Shown here piece by piece: positions 51,702 through 61,358 of a DNA stretch of 64,000 nucleotides; the stretch's first letter is position 1, and each line of letters opens with the position of its first letter. The translations under genes were made by a program, and so were the position numbers. Source of the DNA: a virus (taxonomy: Duplodnaviria; Caudoviricetes); the IMG/VR virus record IMGVR_UViG_3300025030_000876, positions 676-64,675 of that record. The stretch is one strand, 5' to 3'. The notes beneath the pieces are model-generated. The model had not been told where the DNA came from. It did no database searches and saw only the letters and a list, made by a program, of their open reading frames with translations.

Positions 51702-53052
51702 TTTTTCAGCACAAAGTAATGCAAACTTTGACTGGGAGGCATTTTACCGATACAATGGCCGCGATGCTGCTAATACTCTTGCTATTGCATTAGTAGAAAA
51801 GGATTTGTTGAAAGTCCGAGGAACTGAAGCAACCTTTGCCCAAGAAATGGCATTGACTTATCCTTTGATTACTGCTGAATGTATTGGAATCAAAGTAGAC
51901 CCAGCAAAGATTGAAGAGTTGTCAGAGCAAATTAGTGAAATTATTCGTAAATGGAAATTATATATTCAAACTCTTGTTGGCTACGATATTAATCCCAACT
52001 CATCCCAGCAACTACAAGAGTATCTTTATGATAGACTCAAATATCCCAAGCGAGTAAAGAAAGGTAAAATTACTGTTGATGTTGATGCTTTGATTAGCTT
52101 GATTCCATATAACCCAGTGCTAATTAAGCCTATTGCAATTTATCGCAAACTAATAAAGGAGTATTCTTTCTACAAAGTAAAAGTTGGTGAAGACGGGCGC
52201 GTTAGAACAACACTCAAACCAGCAGGCACAGAAACAGGACGATTAGCATCTAGTAAGAGTATTACTGGAACTGGCACGAACTTGCAGAATCAACCTAAGA
52301 TTGTACGACAGATTTATATCCCCGATGAGGGAAATATATTCCTCCAAGTTGATTACGGTAAGGCCGAGAGTTGGTTGGTGGCATACATGGCCCAAGACCA
52401 AAAGATGCTTGATGCATTACGTGGGCCAGATTTTCACAGTACAAACGCTTCTAACTTCCTAGGCCGCCCAGTTACTAAAGCAGATTATGCTGACAGACAA
52501 ATCGGCAAAAAGGTAAGCCACGCAAGAAACTACCGAATGACAGCTTTCTTGCTTCAAAAGGTGATGCTACGGGAGGGATTCAATCTATCTAAGTCAGATT
52601 GCCAAGATTTGTTAGACAAATATGACAGAAGCTACCCAAACATCAAGAATGTATACCACAAATGGGTAGAAGAGCAATTACGTAGAGATATGACAATAGC
52701 TAATGCTTTTGGGAGAAAGATAACATATTTTGGTTTCTGGAACGATGCGTTACTTAATGCCGCTACTGCGTTTTATCCACAATCAACAGTCGGTGATATG
52801 ACCAACAAAGCATTGATTAATCTATATGAACAATTTAGAAATAGGCCAGTGTGGGTTAATCTGCAAGTACATGACTCTATTCTACTCCAAATGCCAAAAG
52901 CATACTTAACTTGGGATTTGATTGATGAGATTAGAGGATGTATGGCTGTTCCATTAACAGTACGTGGCGAAACATTTACTATCGGAGTAGATTTTGAGGC
53001 AGGGTATGATTGGTATCACTTAGACGATCTAAGCAAACATCTGCCTGCTTAA
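51685..53052 (+). CDS. polA: Family A DNA polymerase, C-fragment (ExoIII plus polymerase domain)
   Basis: YNGRDA; TETGRLASS..NLQN; motif A DYGKAE; motif B RQIGKKVSHARNY; motif C VHDS; own GGAGG RBS. Confidence 0.92.
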   Translation: MMAKIDFSAQSNANFDWEAFYRYNGRDAANTLAIALVEKDLLKVRGTEATFAQEMALTYPLITAECIGIKVDPAKIEELSEQISEIIRKWKLYIQTLVGYDINPNSSQQLQEYLYDRLKYPKRVKKGKITVDVDALISLIPYNPVLIKPIAIYRKLIKEYSFYKVKVGEDGRVRTTLKPAGTETGRLASSKSITGTGTNLQNQPKIVRQIYIPDEGNIFLQVDYGKAESWLVAYMAQDQKMLDALRGPDFHSTNASNFLGRPVTKADYADRQIGKKVSHARNYRMTAFLLQKVMLREGFNLSKSDCQDLLDKYDRSYPNIKNVYHKWVEEQLRRDMTIANAFGRKITYFGFWNDALLNAATAFYPQSTVGDMTNKALINLYEQFRNRPVWVNLQVHDSILLQMPKAYLTWDLIDEIRGCMAVPLTVRGETFTIGVDFEAGYDWYHLDDLSKHLPA

Positions 53053-53092
53053 TGTTGTTTAAATAATTCTGTCAACCTAAGTATTTTCTGTC

Positions 53093-53121
53093 TTGATAAC
53101 TACGGGTTTAATTGGTATAAT
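53093..53121 (+). promoter_or_regulatory. Promoter TTGATA-N17-TATAAT (extended -10)
   Basis: Near-consensus, in an intergenic gap. Confidence 0.75.
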
Positions 53122-53148
53122 TAACTATACTTCACAAGGAGAACTGCT

Positions 53149-53799
53149 TTGATTATCGGAGTAAGCGGACGTATAGGCTCAGGCAAGACTGAGTTTGCTA
53201 GGTTGGCAGAGAGTGAGTTCAACGCAACAGTGGTTAACTTTGCGGGAGAACTAAAGAAAGAAGTAGATGGTTATTTGCATCAATGGCAGATAGCTCATAG
53301 CGATGCTTCTCTTTGGGGGCATCAAGATCATAAAGCCGAAAGAAACATCAGAATTCCTATGTCTTGTGTGACTCTGGAAATGCAAAAACATGGATTCAAG
53401 TCTTATGGAGTTAGTGAAACATCGGACCTTATTCAATTAACCTCTGGCCGCGAACTTCTCCAATTCTGGGCTGAATGGAAACGCGCAATCAACTCCAACT
53501 ACTGGGTCCACAAACTCTTTGCTGAAATAGAAGACTCTGATTTTGTGGTTATTGATGACGTTCGCTACACCAACGAAGCGGATATGATTCGGATATGTGA
53601 TGGTTATGTCCTTAGAGTCAACCGTATTCCTGCATTTAGTAACTCTACCCATATTGGTGAAGTCCAACTTGATAACTACCCAGGTTTTTGTATGACCATC
53701 ACCAATGATTCTTCCCTTGAATCCTACCACAAACTCTGCCGCGAGGTACTTACCCATTATCGGAGGTCTTACTTGGATGCAAAAAGAGGACACTTTTAA
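53149..53799 (+). CDS. Deoxynucleoside monophosphate kinase
   Basis: IIGVSGRIGSGKT, FAGELK, RELLQ, DDVRYTNE. Confidence 0.85.
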   Translation: MIIGVSGRIGSGKTEFARLAESEFNATVVNFAGELKKEVDGYLHQWQIAHSDASLWGHQDHKAERNIRIPMSCVTLEMQKHGFKSYGVSETSDLIQLTSGRELLQFWAEWKRAINSNYWVHKLFAEIEDSDFVVIDDVRYTNEADMIRICDGYVLRVNRIPAFSNSTHIGEVQLDNYPGFCMTITNDSSLESYHKLCREVLTHYRRSYLDAKRGHF

Positions 53800-54106
53800 A
53801 CTATTTTTATTGCAAAATGGCTTCGACCCAGAAGGCTTGATGCAGATAATCAAACTCCATCCATCATTACTCGATGTTTATGAGTTTGATGAATTAGCGC
53901 CATTGTGCCTACTAAGTTCAAAGCTGTTAAAAAAGAAGCATTGCTATATCTATCTCCCTGAGTTCCTTTACGATATCGTAGCCAAAGGAAACCCAGAAGC
54001 AATAAACCGTGTGTTGGAGCAACTTATCTTCAAAGAATTCTCCGGCCCGGCAGTTGATGTTATCGACTCTCATTTGGATGTTGCCAAAAACCTCTTAGGC
54101 AAATAA
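53777..54106 (+). CDS. Hypothetical protein
   Basis: GGAGG RBS, MQKEDTFK... Confidence 0.55.
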   Translation: MQKEDTFKLFLLQNGFDPEGLMQIIKLHPSLLDVYEFDELAPLCLLSSKLLKKKHCYIYLPEFLYDIVAKGNPEAINRVLEQLIFKEFSGPAVDVIDSHLDVAKNLLGK

Positions 54107-54107
54107 C

Positions 54108-55283
54108 ATGATTATTGATGAGTATTTGAAATTCACTTCCTGTAACTCTGCCCCAAAGAGTTTTCATACTTGGTCGATTCTCAGTATGATCTCCGCGGCA
54201 GTAGGAAAAAAGCTTTGGGTTAAATGTAATTACTTCAACGCTTATCCAAATATGTATATGGTTCTTGTTAGCTTGCCTGGAGTTGGAAAGAAATCAACCT
54301 CCATCAGTCTAGCTTATGAAACCCTAAAGCAAGCAGAACTTGAAACTAAGTTCTCTTTTGATTCACTAACTCCGCAAGCCTTGATGATTGCTCTCCATGA
54401 TGCTTATGGCGTCGAGGATATGGGTGGCGGAAAACTACATAGTAGCTCACCACTAACCGTCATCGCTGATGAACTTGTATCTTTGCTCTCTAGTGGTCCA
54501 TCAATGGTCGAATTCCTAACCAACGTCTTTAGTGTCAACAAATACGAATACAAAACTAAAAACATGGGGGAATGTATTATCAAAAACCCATGTTTAAATA
54601 TCGCTACTTGTGCAACAACGGATACTTTCAGCGCCAGAATTATCCGAGAAGGTATTGCCGGTGGATTTATGTCTCGTGCGATAATTGTCTACGATGACAA
54701 CGTAAAACCAGTTTCTCCTTTTTGTATGCCCTCTGAAGAACAGGAAATCTCAAGGCTTCGGATGGTAGAACGATTTCGGGAAATGAGCAAGCTCTATGGC
54801 GAAGTTACCTGGACTCCAAAAGCCGTTCAACATTTTGAACAATGGTTCGGAGAAGAAATGGTCGTAGGTGCAGCAAAAGCAGTTAACAAAGAATTCTCCA
54901 GCAGAAAGGACTTGCATGTAATCAAAACATCAATGTTAGTTGCAGCTAGTGAACTCAGAAGAGTTATCAATGAGGATGATTTTAACTACGCGGTGCATCT
55001 CTTAAAACAAGTTGAGCATAATATGAAGTTTCTGTATATTGGCGCAGGAGCTAACAAATTTGCTGATTTGTACATTAAGATCCTCGCGGCAATCCACGAA
55101 GTAGGAGATTGTGAATATTCTCAACTCCTTCAGTATTTTATGAAAGACATCGAGCAATCAGACTTCGACAACCAGATAAAAACACTTGAGACTGTAGGGT
55201 ATATTAAACGATTCATTGCAGACAAAAAGGAAACTATTATGATAACTAACAAAGGAAAGGAGATGTTTTCACGTTATGTCTAA
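54108..55283 (+). CDS. DUF3987-type AAA+ ATPase (putative replicative helicase)
   Basis: YPNMYMVLV..PGVGKKST, VIADEL, GGFMSR, C-terminal winged-helix-like tail. Confidence 0.75.
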   Translation: MIIDEYLKFTSCNSAPKSFHTWSILSMISAAVGKKLWVKCNYFNAYPNMYMVLVSLPGVGKKSTSISLAYETLKQAELETKFSFDSLTPQALMIALHDAYGVEDMGGGKLHSSSPLTVIADELVSLLSSGPSMVEFLTNVFSVNKYEYKTKNMGECIIKNPCLNIATCATTDTFSARIIREGIAGGFMSRAIIVYDDNVKPVSPFCMPSEEQEISRLRMVERFREMSKLYGEVTWTPKAVQHFEQWFGEEMVVGAAKAVNKEFSSRKDLHVIKTSMLVAASELRRVINEDDFNYAVHLLKQVEHNMKFLYIGAGANKFADLYIKILAAIHEVGDCEYSQLLQYFMKDIEQSDFDNQIKTLETVGYIKRFIADKKETIMITNKGKEMFSRYV

Positions 55284-56074
55284 ATATATAGATACATTCC
55301 AAGTAAGGATTAAACTAGCGGATCATGCTATAGCGGATGTAGATAAACTTAAATCTGCATTTAGTAAAACTGAACAAGCCTTTAAAGAGTTGCAACAAGC
55401 TATGGCTGAATTTGATGAAATAGCTCAACGCTTTAACTACTATAACCCTATCGAAACCGAGGTGGTAGATGGCGAAGATAAATAGTATCCAAATCGAATT
55501 ATCCACAGGGCGCAAGATAACCTTGAGTAAAACAGAAGCTAGAGAGTTGAAACTTAAACTTGATGAATTGTTTGGAGTTACTTATTATCCAACTTGGTAT
55601 CCTAATTATCCAATAGTAACTTATACCACAGATAATATAAAATTTGTCAGTTCCACAGCCTCAGATACCATTGATTTGAATAAAATTAAAACGGGCATTG
55701 AGGATTCAATTAACAAAGGACTTACTAAATGAGCATCCTATATCTAAACGACGTTGAGCCATGTTTCTGTTGTTCCAAACCCACTAAACGCGTAAACACC
55801 GAACTTGAACTCCCAAGTTGTTCTCTTTCTTGCGACGTTAAACTCTTCGAGGAGCCTATTGATGAAACTGGTAATTAAATGGCTAGAAGATTCCCATGAT
55901 TGTGAAACTTGCGGATATTCGTATTCCTATGGGGCTAAAGTAACTTTAGACGATGTAGTTATCCTAGATGACTTCGAGAAAGCTCATTGTTACGGTGGCT
56001 CGGATGTAACTCCTGAAGATATCCTTAAAGCTCTTTGCAAACATCTCAATATTGAAATCCGGGAGATTTATTAA
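55276..56074 (+). CDS. Several small hypothetical proteins
   Basis: Coupled ORFs 55276, 55469, 55862. Confidence 0.55.
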
Positions 56075-59000
56075 TGAAGTTAACTGACCGTGCTGAAACA
56101 GTTGCTAAGCTCCGAATCTTTGCAAAAGATGCTACTGGCAACTGTATCGAAGATTTCGATGGAATGTGCCATAGGGTTGCAAAGCATCTTGCAAATTCCG
56201 AAGAAGAAGAAAAAGACTTATTCTGGGTGATGAATAATCTTTTGTTTTTGCCTAATAGTCCTTGCTTGGTAAATGCAGGAGCTAAAGGACGTAAGAATCA
56301 ACTCAGTGCTTGCTTTGTTTTAAGCGTAGAAGATTCTATCGAAGACATCTATGACACCATCAAAGAAACCGCATTGATTCACAAAACCGGCGGAGGTACG
56401 GGTTTCAATTTTAGTAAAATCCGCCCGAAAGATTCCAACGTAGCCTCAACTGGTGGCGTTGCTTCTGGCCCGGTTAGTTTCATGAAAGTCTTTGATGCTT
56501 CCACGGATGGCATCAAGCAAGGCGGAGTTCGTAGGGGTGCGAATATGGGAGTTCTCCGTGTTGACCATCCTGATATCCTAGACTTTGTTAATTGTAAACG
56601 CGGGAAGAATGCACTACAGAACTTTAACATCTCAGTAGCAATCACTGATGAATTCATGGAAGCTAAGCTCAAAGGTAATGAGTTTACTTTGGTTAATCCC
56701 AAAACCAAAGAGAAGACTTCTATCAGTGCTAAGACCATCTGGGATGCGATAGTAGATAACGCTTGGAATTCAGCAGACCCAGGTGTACTGTTTATCGACC
56801 GAATCAACGAGCACAATCCCCTGACCGGAGTTAGTAGTATAATCGAAGCTACTAATCCTTGTGTTTCTGGAGATACCTTAGTATTAACTGATAATGGATA
56901 CATTCGCATTGATGAGCTTGTTGGTAAACCAGTTAATATTTGGAATGGTTATAGATTTTCTAAAGTTACTCCGCAGATAACAGGAACAAACCAGAAGATG
57001 GTAACTGTGGAGCTAAGCGATGGTAACAAACTCACATGCACAGAATATCATAAATTCATTGCTTGGAAAGGAACTGTCGCAGCCAAGGATTTGCAAATTG
57101 GGGATAAATTAATCAAATGGAATTATCCGGTAATTGAGGGCAATACTACGCTGCCAAGGTCTTATGCTTACACTACGGGTTTCTTTTGTGGAGATGGTTC
57201 GCAAGAAACTACTAGAGACAGGAATTCTATCTGGCTTTATGGAGACAAAATAGCTTTGTTGGACCATTTGGAATACGCTACGTACAATGAATGCGCAAAT
57301 GACCGGTTGTTTGTTAAGATGCGTCCTAGCGTGTTTGATAAACAATTTGTACCAGACACTAATTATTCAATACAAACCAGGTTAGATTATCTGGCTGGGC
57401 TAATTGATTCTGATGGTACTCTCAACGACAAAGGAGGAAGTATAGCTCTTTGGTCTAATGATAATACCTTCATTACCAAAGTAAAATACATGCTCCATAC
57501 TCTTGGCATTAATTGTTCAGTATCTATCGGCACTTCTGGTGGAAGTAAATCAATGCCTAATGGCAAAGGAGGGCATAAAGAATATAATACTCAGGATTGT
57601 TTTCGGCTGGTAATAAGTGCTTACAATGTGATGAAGTTACGTGAATTAGGCTTGGCTACAAATAGAGTGGCTGTAGATGCCAAACCTAATAGAAGCTCGG
57701 CCAGAGCAATATATGTAAAATCTGTCGAAACTTCTGGTATCGCTGATGTTGTTTATTGTTTTACTGAGCCATTTAATCATACTGGTGTGTTTAATGGTAT
57801 GATGACAGGGCAGTGCGGAGAACAACCATTAGCGCCTGGAGAAGCATGCGGGCTTGGAAGCATCAATCTAGCAGAAGTTATCAAAGACTACGGCATCGAC
57901 TACGACAAACTAAAAAAGATAACTCGTATTGGCGTTTTGCTTCTCAATCGCATGATGACTAAGAGCGAATACCCTAACAAGAAGATAGCTGAACGCGTTA
58001 ACGCTTCTCGTAAAATCGGCCTCGGCGTAATGGGTTTCGCTGACATGCTTATCAAGATGCGTATCCCGTATACTTCCCAAGACGCTCAAGAAGTTGCAGG
58101 GAACATTGCTCAGTGCATCTTGGATACTTGTGTTAAAGCAACCCACGAGCTAGGAACCAAAGAAGGCGTGTTTCCTTTGTTCAAATCAGAATACAAAATG
58201 CCGGGACATATTAAGGAATCTCTCAAGAGACTGAAGATTAAGCCTAGCGATTACAAACCGGCAAATAGCACACTTACAACCATCGCGCCAACAGGAACGC
58301 TTAGCATCATTGCTAATTGCTCCAGCGGGATTGAACCTATTTTTCATTTTGAACAAACAGAACGTAGAGTTGATATGGAGATTGTCCATACCCATCCTTT
58401 GTATGCAGCCTATAAAGAAAAGTTCCCTAAATGTGACATGCCACATTACTTTCAAGAACTTGCCGATATCGACGTAGATACACATGTCTATATCCAAGCA
58501 ACATTCCAGAAGTATATTTGCAGCGGGGTTAGTAAAACAGCAAATCTTCCTCATGACGCAACAAAACAAGACGTTGAGAAAGTCTACCGTGAAGCGTTTA
58601 TTCTTGGCTGTAAAGGAGTGACCGTCTACCGTGATGGTTGCTTGGAGAATCAAGTAATCTCAGGGAAGGATTCTAAAGGCTTTACCATTGCAACAGAAAT
58701 CCTACCAGAACCTAGGCCCGAAGCACTTAGCGGTATCACCTATGAAATCAAGACTGGCTTTGGGCCGATGTTGGTAACGGTGAATTATAAAGATGGGAAG
58801 CCATTTGAAGTCATCTGCCAACTAGGTAAAAGCGGCGCGAGTGAAGCAGCTAAGGCAGAAGCGATTAGTAGGCTTTGTAGTATACTACTGCGTTGTAATG
58901 TACCTCCAAAAGTCATTGTGGAACAACTTGAAGGGATTGTTGGCAGCGAAAGCATCCATACCAAATACGGACTTGTTACTTCCATCCCTGATGCTCTTAG

Positions 59001-59157
59001 TAAAATCATGATTAATCATGTGCTTACTAAGGAAGAATATAACCCGACCATTCCAACCATGATAAAATGCCCAGACTGCGGAAAGTTCAATACCATGATT
59101 AAAGAAGGTAGTTGCTCCACTTGCCAGAACTGTGGCTTCAAGTCATGTGGAGGCTAA
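56074..59157 (+). CDS. nrdJ: Class II (B12-dependent) ribonucleotide reductase with intein and TSCPD/Zn-ribbon C-terminus
   Basis: PNSP, LSACFV, GGGTG, RRGANM, NP[intein]CGEQPL, TIAPTGT, SKTAN, YRDG; no nrdB or nrdG nearby. Confidence 0.93.
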   Translation: MKLTDRAETVAKLRIFAKDATGNCIEDFDGMCHRVAKHLANSEEEEKDLFWVMNNLLFLPNSPCLVNAGAKGRKNQLSACFVLSVEDSIEDIYDTIKETALIHKTGGGTGFNFSKIRPKDSNVASTGGVASGPVSFMKVFDASTDGIKQGGVRRGANMGVLRVDHPDILDFVNCKRGKNALQNFNISVAITDEFMEAKLKGNEFTLVNPKTKEKTSISAKTIWDAIVDNAWNSADPGVLFIDRINEHNPLTGVSSIIEATNPCVSGDTLVLTDNGYIRIDELVGKPVNIWNGYRFSKVTPQITGTNQKMVTVELSDGNKLTCTEYHKFIAWKGTVAAKDLQIGDKLIKWNYPVIEGNTTLPRSYAYTTGFFCGDGSQETTRDRNSIWLYGDKIALLDHLEYATYNECANDRLFVKMRPSVFDKQFVPDTNYSIQTRLDYLAGLIDSDGTLNDKGGSIALWSNDNTFITKVKYMLHTLGINCSVSIGTSGGSKSMPNGKGGHKEYNTQDCFRLVISAYNVMKLRELGLATNRVAVDAKPNRSSARAIYVKSVETSGIADVVYCFTEPFNHTGVFNGMMTGQCGEQPLAPGEACGLGSINLAEVIKDYGIDYDKLKKITRIGVLLLNRMMTKSEYPNKKIAERVNASRKIGLGVMGFADMLIKMRIPYTSQDAQEVAGNIAQCILDTCVKATHELGTKEGVFPLFKSEYKMPGHIKESLKRLKIKPSDYKPANSTLTTIAPTGTLSIIANCSSGIEPIFHFEQTERRVDMEIVHTHPLYAAYKEKFPKCDMPHYFQELADIDVDTHVYIQATFQKYICSGVSKTANLPHDATKQDVEKVYREAFILGCKGVTVYRDGCLENQVISGKDSKGFTIATEILPEPRPEALSGITYEIKTGFGPMLVTVNYKDGKPFEVICQLGKSGASEAAKAEAISRLCSILLRCNVPPKVIVEQLEGIVGSESIHTKYGLVTSIPDALSKIMINHVLTKEEYNPTIPTMIKCPDCGKFNTMIKEGSCSTCQNCGFKSCGG
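56860..57813 (+). mobile_element. Intein (318 aa) with LAGLIDADG endonuclease
   Basis: Begins CVSGDT, has TEYH block B, GFFCGDG and LAGLIDSDG, ends MMTGQ before extein C. Confidence 0.92.
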
Positions 59158-59530
59158 ATGGCTCTTACTAACCACAACTGCAGCCCATGTATCATCAACA
59201 CCAAGAAAAAGTGTGCATCTTGTGTTCTTGCGAGAAAACAATATGAAACACCATGTATTGCAACTGAAAGTATGTTAGTAAAATTCCTTCGTCATCATCG
59301 TTACGAAGATTATCTATCAACCGAGGAACATTTTTAAAGGAGCATCTAGTGACCAACAAAGAACTGGCCGTATCAATCATCAACGAAATCTCAACTGACA
59401 TCAACAGCCGGACTGGTTTCGGAGTCGTATGGCGTCAAATCTCCGTAACCCGCAAGAAAGAAATAATCGACGCTTGGGAACATCGTATCATCAGACTTCT
59501 GGAAGCAGAAGAGAAAGGGAAGATAAAGAA

Positions 59531-60109
59531 ATGAGTGTGAAGACATTGTGGCTTGACTGCGAAACAACAGGTTTAGTGCCATATAAGCATGGTATTATTC
59601 AACTAGGTGGGATGATAGAAATTGGCGGAGAGGTAGTAGAAACCTTCAATTTCAGAATGCAGCCTTGCCCTACTGCAATCATCGACGACAAGGCTATGCA
59701 AGTAAACAAGATAACTCCAGAGGAACTTAGGACTTATCCATCGTCAAACAGCCAATATTGTGCATTTATTAATGTCCTTGACAAGTACATTAATAAATTC
59801 AACAAAGAAGACAAATTCATTCTCGCTGGTTACAACGTTCAATTTGATGATGGTTTTGTAAACCACTGGTTTAAACGCAATGGAAATAACTACTGGTACT
59901 CCTATGTCAACAGTGCGAAACTTGATGTAATGTCTTCCGTAGCAACTTGGCGTAGAGCAACCAATACCAAAACCCCTAACAACAAACTAAGCACAATCGC
60001 TGAATGGTTTGGTATCGGCGGAAACTTCCATGATGCTCTAGACGACATCAAAGCAACCAGAGAACTTGAGTTGAAAATCCAAGAAGTAATGTGCGGTATC
60101 AGAAACTAA
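59531..60109 (+). CDS. DEDDh 3'-5' exonuclease (DnaQ-like)
   Basis: DCETTG, GYNVQFD, HDALDD. Confidence 0.9.
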   Translation: MSVKTLWLDCETTGLVPYKHGIIQLGGMIEIGGEVVETFNFRMQPCPTAIIDDKAMQVNKITPEELRTYPSSNSQYCAFINVLDKYINKFNKEDKFILAGYNVQFDDGFVNHWFKRNGNNYWYSYVNSAKLDVMSSVATWRRATNTKTPNNKLSTIAEWFGIGGNFHDALDDIKATRELELKIQEVMCGIRN

Positions 60110-60132
60110 GCAATAACTATTGCAGATAAACC

Positions 60133-60162
60133 AAAGCCCCTAGCTTTAACTCTAGGGGCTTT
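60133..60162. terminator. Bidirectional intrinsic terminator
   Basis: AAAGCCCCTAG...CTAGGGGCTTT between convergent operons. Confidence 0.85.
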
Positions 60163-60168
60163 ATTTAT

Positions 60169-60708
60169 TCAATCTGGGGCATATCTTCCATAAACCTGAT
60201 ATTTCTTTGGATATTCCTGTAAGTACCTATTAACATCCTCTGGAGATGGATGCTCCAAATCATACTTTGTATCTGCATACTTTAAATACTTTGCTTGATC
60301 GCTGCAAATCTCAGGCCCGCCAGGAAGTTGCAACCAAGGTAATTTAAACCTCAACCCCAATATCTGTAACGGGTCATAGATTCTCTTATACCAAGGTTGT
60401 TTAATTGCTTCTGAAAGTTTATTCTTAATAACCAACTTAACTGCTGGACTCCAACATCTACTTGTCCAAAGTTTAAGCCTGTGCTTCTTAAGATAATCCT
60501 CCAATGAAGTCTCTTTTAACATCCAATCCTGAGTAACCAATACTCCAGGCCGCACTAACCACATTAGATGATTATAACTCCCATTAGTAACATCCTTAAT
60601 CCTAGCGCTCACAAGACTCTCCATGTTATCACTAAGCATTAGCAGCGGATAATCACTTAACGGGATATTTCTTATCTCTTCTTTTGTCATATACTGTGTT
60701 GGAGACAT
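60169..60708 (-). CDS. Permuted papain-like (YiiX/YebB-type NlpC/P60) protein
   Basis: His first (YNH), then YD, then ICSD and PSPED. Confidence 0.6.
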   Translation of the reverse strand: MSPTQYMTKEEIRNIPLSDYPLLMLSDNMESLVSARIKDVTNGSYNHLMWLVRPGVLVTQDWMLKETSLEDYLKKHRLKLWTSRCWSPAVKLVIKNKLSEAIKQPWYKRIYDPLQILGLRFKLPWLQLPGGPEICSDQAKYLKYADTKYDLEHPSPEDVNRYLQEYPKKYQVYGRYAPD

Positions 60709-60717
60709 TATCTTCTC

Positions 60718-60945
60718 CTATCTCAGTACAACATTACTGACGAATTTAATAAACCCAATTTTATCTGCGATATAAAACGCAGATGCGCCAATAGCTGCCC
60801 ACTTAATAGCCCCCATGTTATCTGCTAATATTTTAACTTGGTCCTTAACTGTCTTAATATCACCAGCCATAGCTTTAGTCACTACCTCTAAGGAAGTGAT
60901 TCTATGTTCTTTGTCCCTAAGACAATCCAAATCCCCACAAGTCAT
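60718..60945 (-). CDS. Small coiled-coil protein with C-terminal TM (holin/XhlA-like)
   Basis: EHRITSLE coiled coil then a hydrophobic segment. Confidence 0.5.
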   Translation of the reverse strand: MTCGDLDCLRDKEHRITSLEVVTKAMAGDIKTVKDQVKILADNMGAIKWAAIGASAFYIADKIGFIKFVSNVVLR

Positions 60946-60956
60946 TGCTAAACCCC

Positions 60957-61358
60957 CTATGCAATCTTAACTGGAAAGAAGTAATAAGTATTCTTTGCAC
61001 CAGAGGCCAAGGTAAGTTCAAATGCCAGAGTCATGCTAGCACCTTTGTACCCAATTCCTGGGTATTTAAATTTGCACAAAACATAATCCGTAGAAGTCTG
61101 GATGGTGTAATCCTCATCCACCACATAAGAAGAAATATCAACCACAGCAGTTAAGTCAGACGTAGGGATTATTTCCCCTACATAAGCCTTAACCACTGCA
61201 GATTGAATATTATCCCCTTGCGGCAGAGTACCATCATTCCCGGCAGAAGTAGCTTGGGGAAACAGAAACTTATACGGTCCCCAGTTATCCATTCCTGCTC
61301 TAAGTTCAATGCTCGCCCCAAGAAAATCCATCATACTGCTCCTTATGCGTATTCCCAT
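60957..61358 (-). CDS. Virion fibre adaptor-like protein
   Basis: 133 aa, beta-rich, downstream of the fibre genes. Confidence 0.45.
   Translation of the reverse strand: MGIRIRSSMMDFLGASIELRAGMDNWGPYKFLFPQATSAGNDGTLPQGDNIQSAVVKAYVGEIIPTSDLTAVVDISSYVVDEDYTIQTSTDYVLCKFKYPGIGYKGASMTLAFELTLASGAKNTYYFFPVKIA

Noticed and set aside
51040-51740. Group I intron or split intein around the HNH in polA
   Set aside because: Too little flanking sequence for a ribozyme core, no intein terminal motifs, and fragment 2 has its own RBS.
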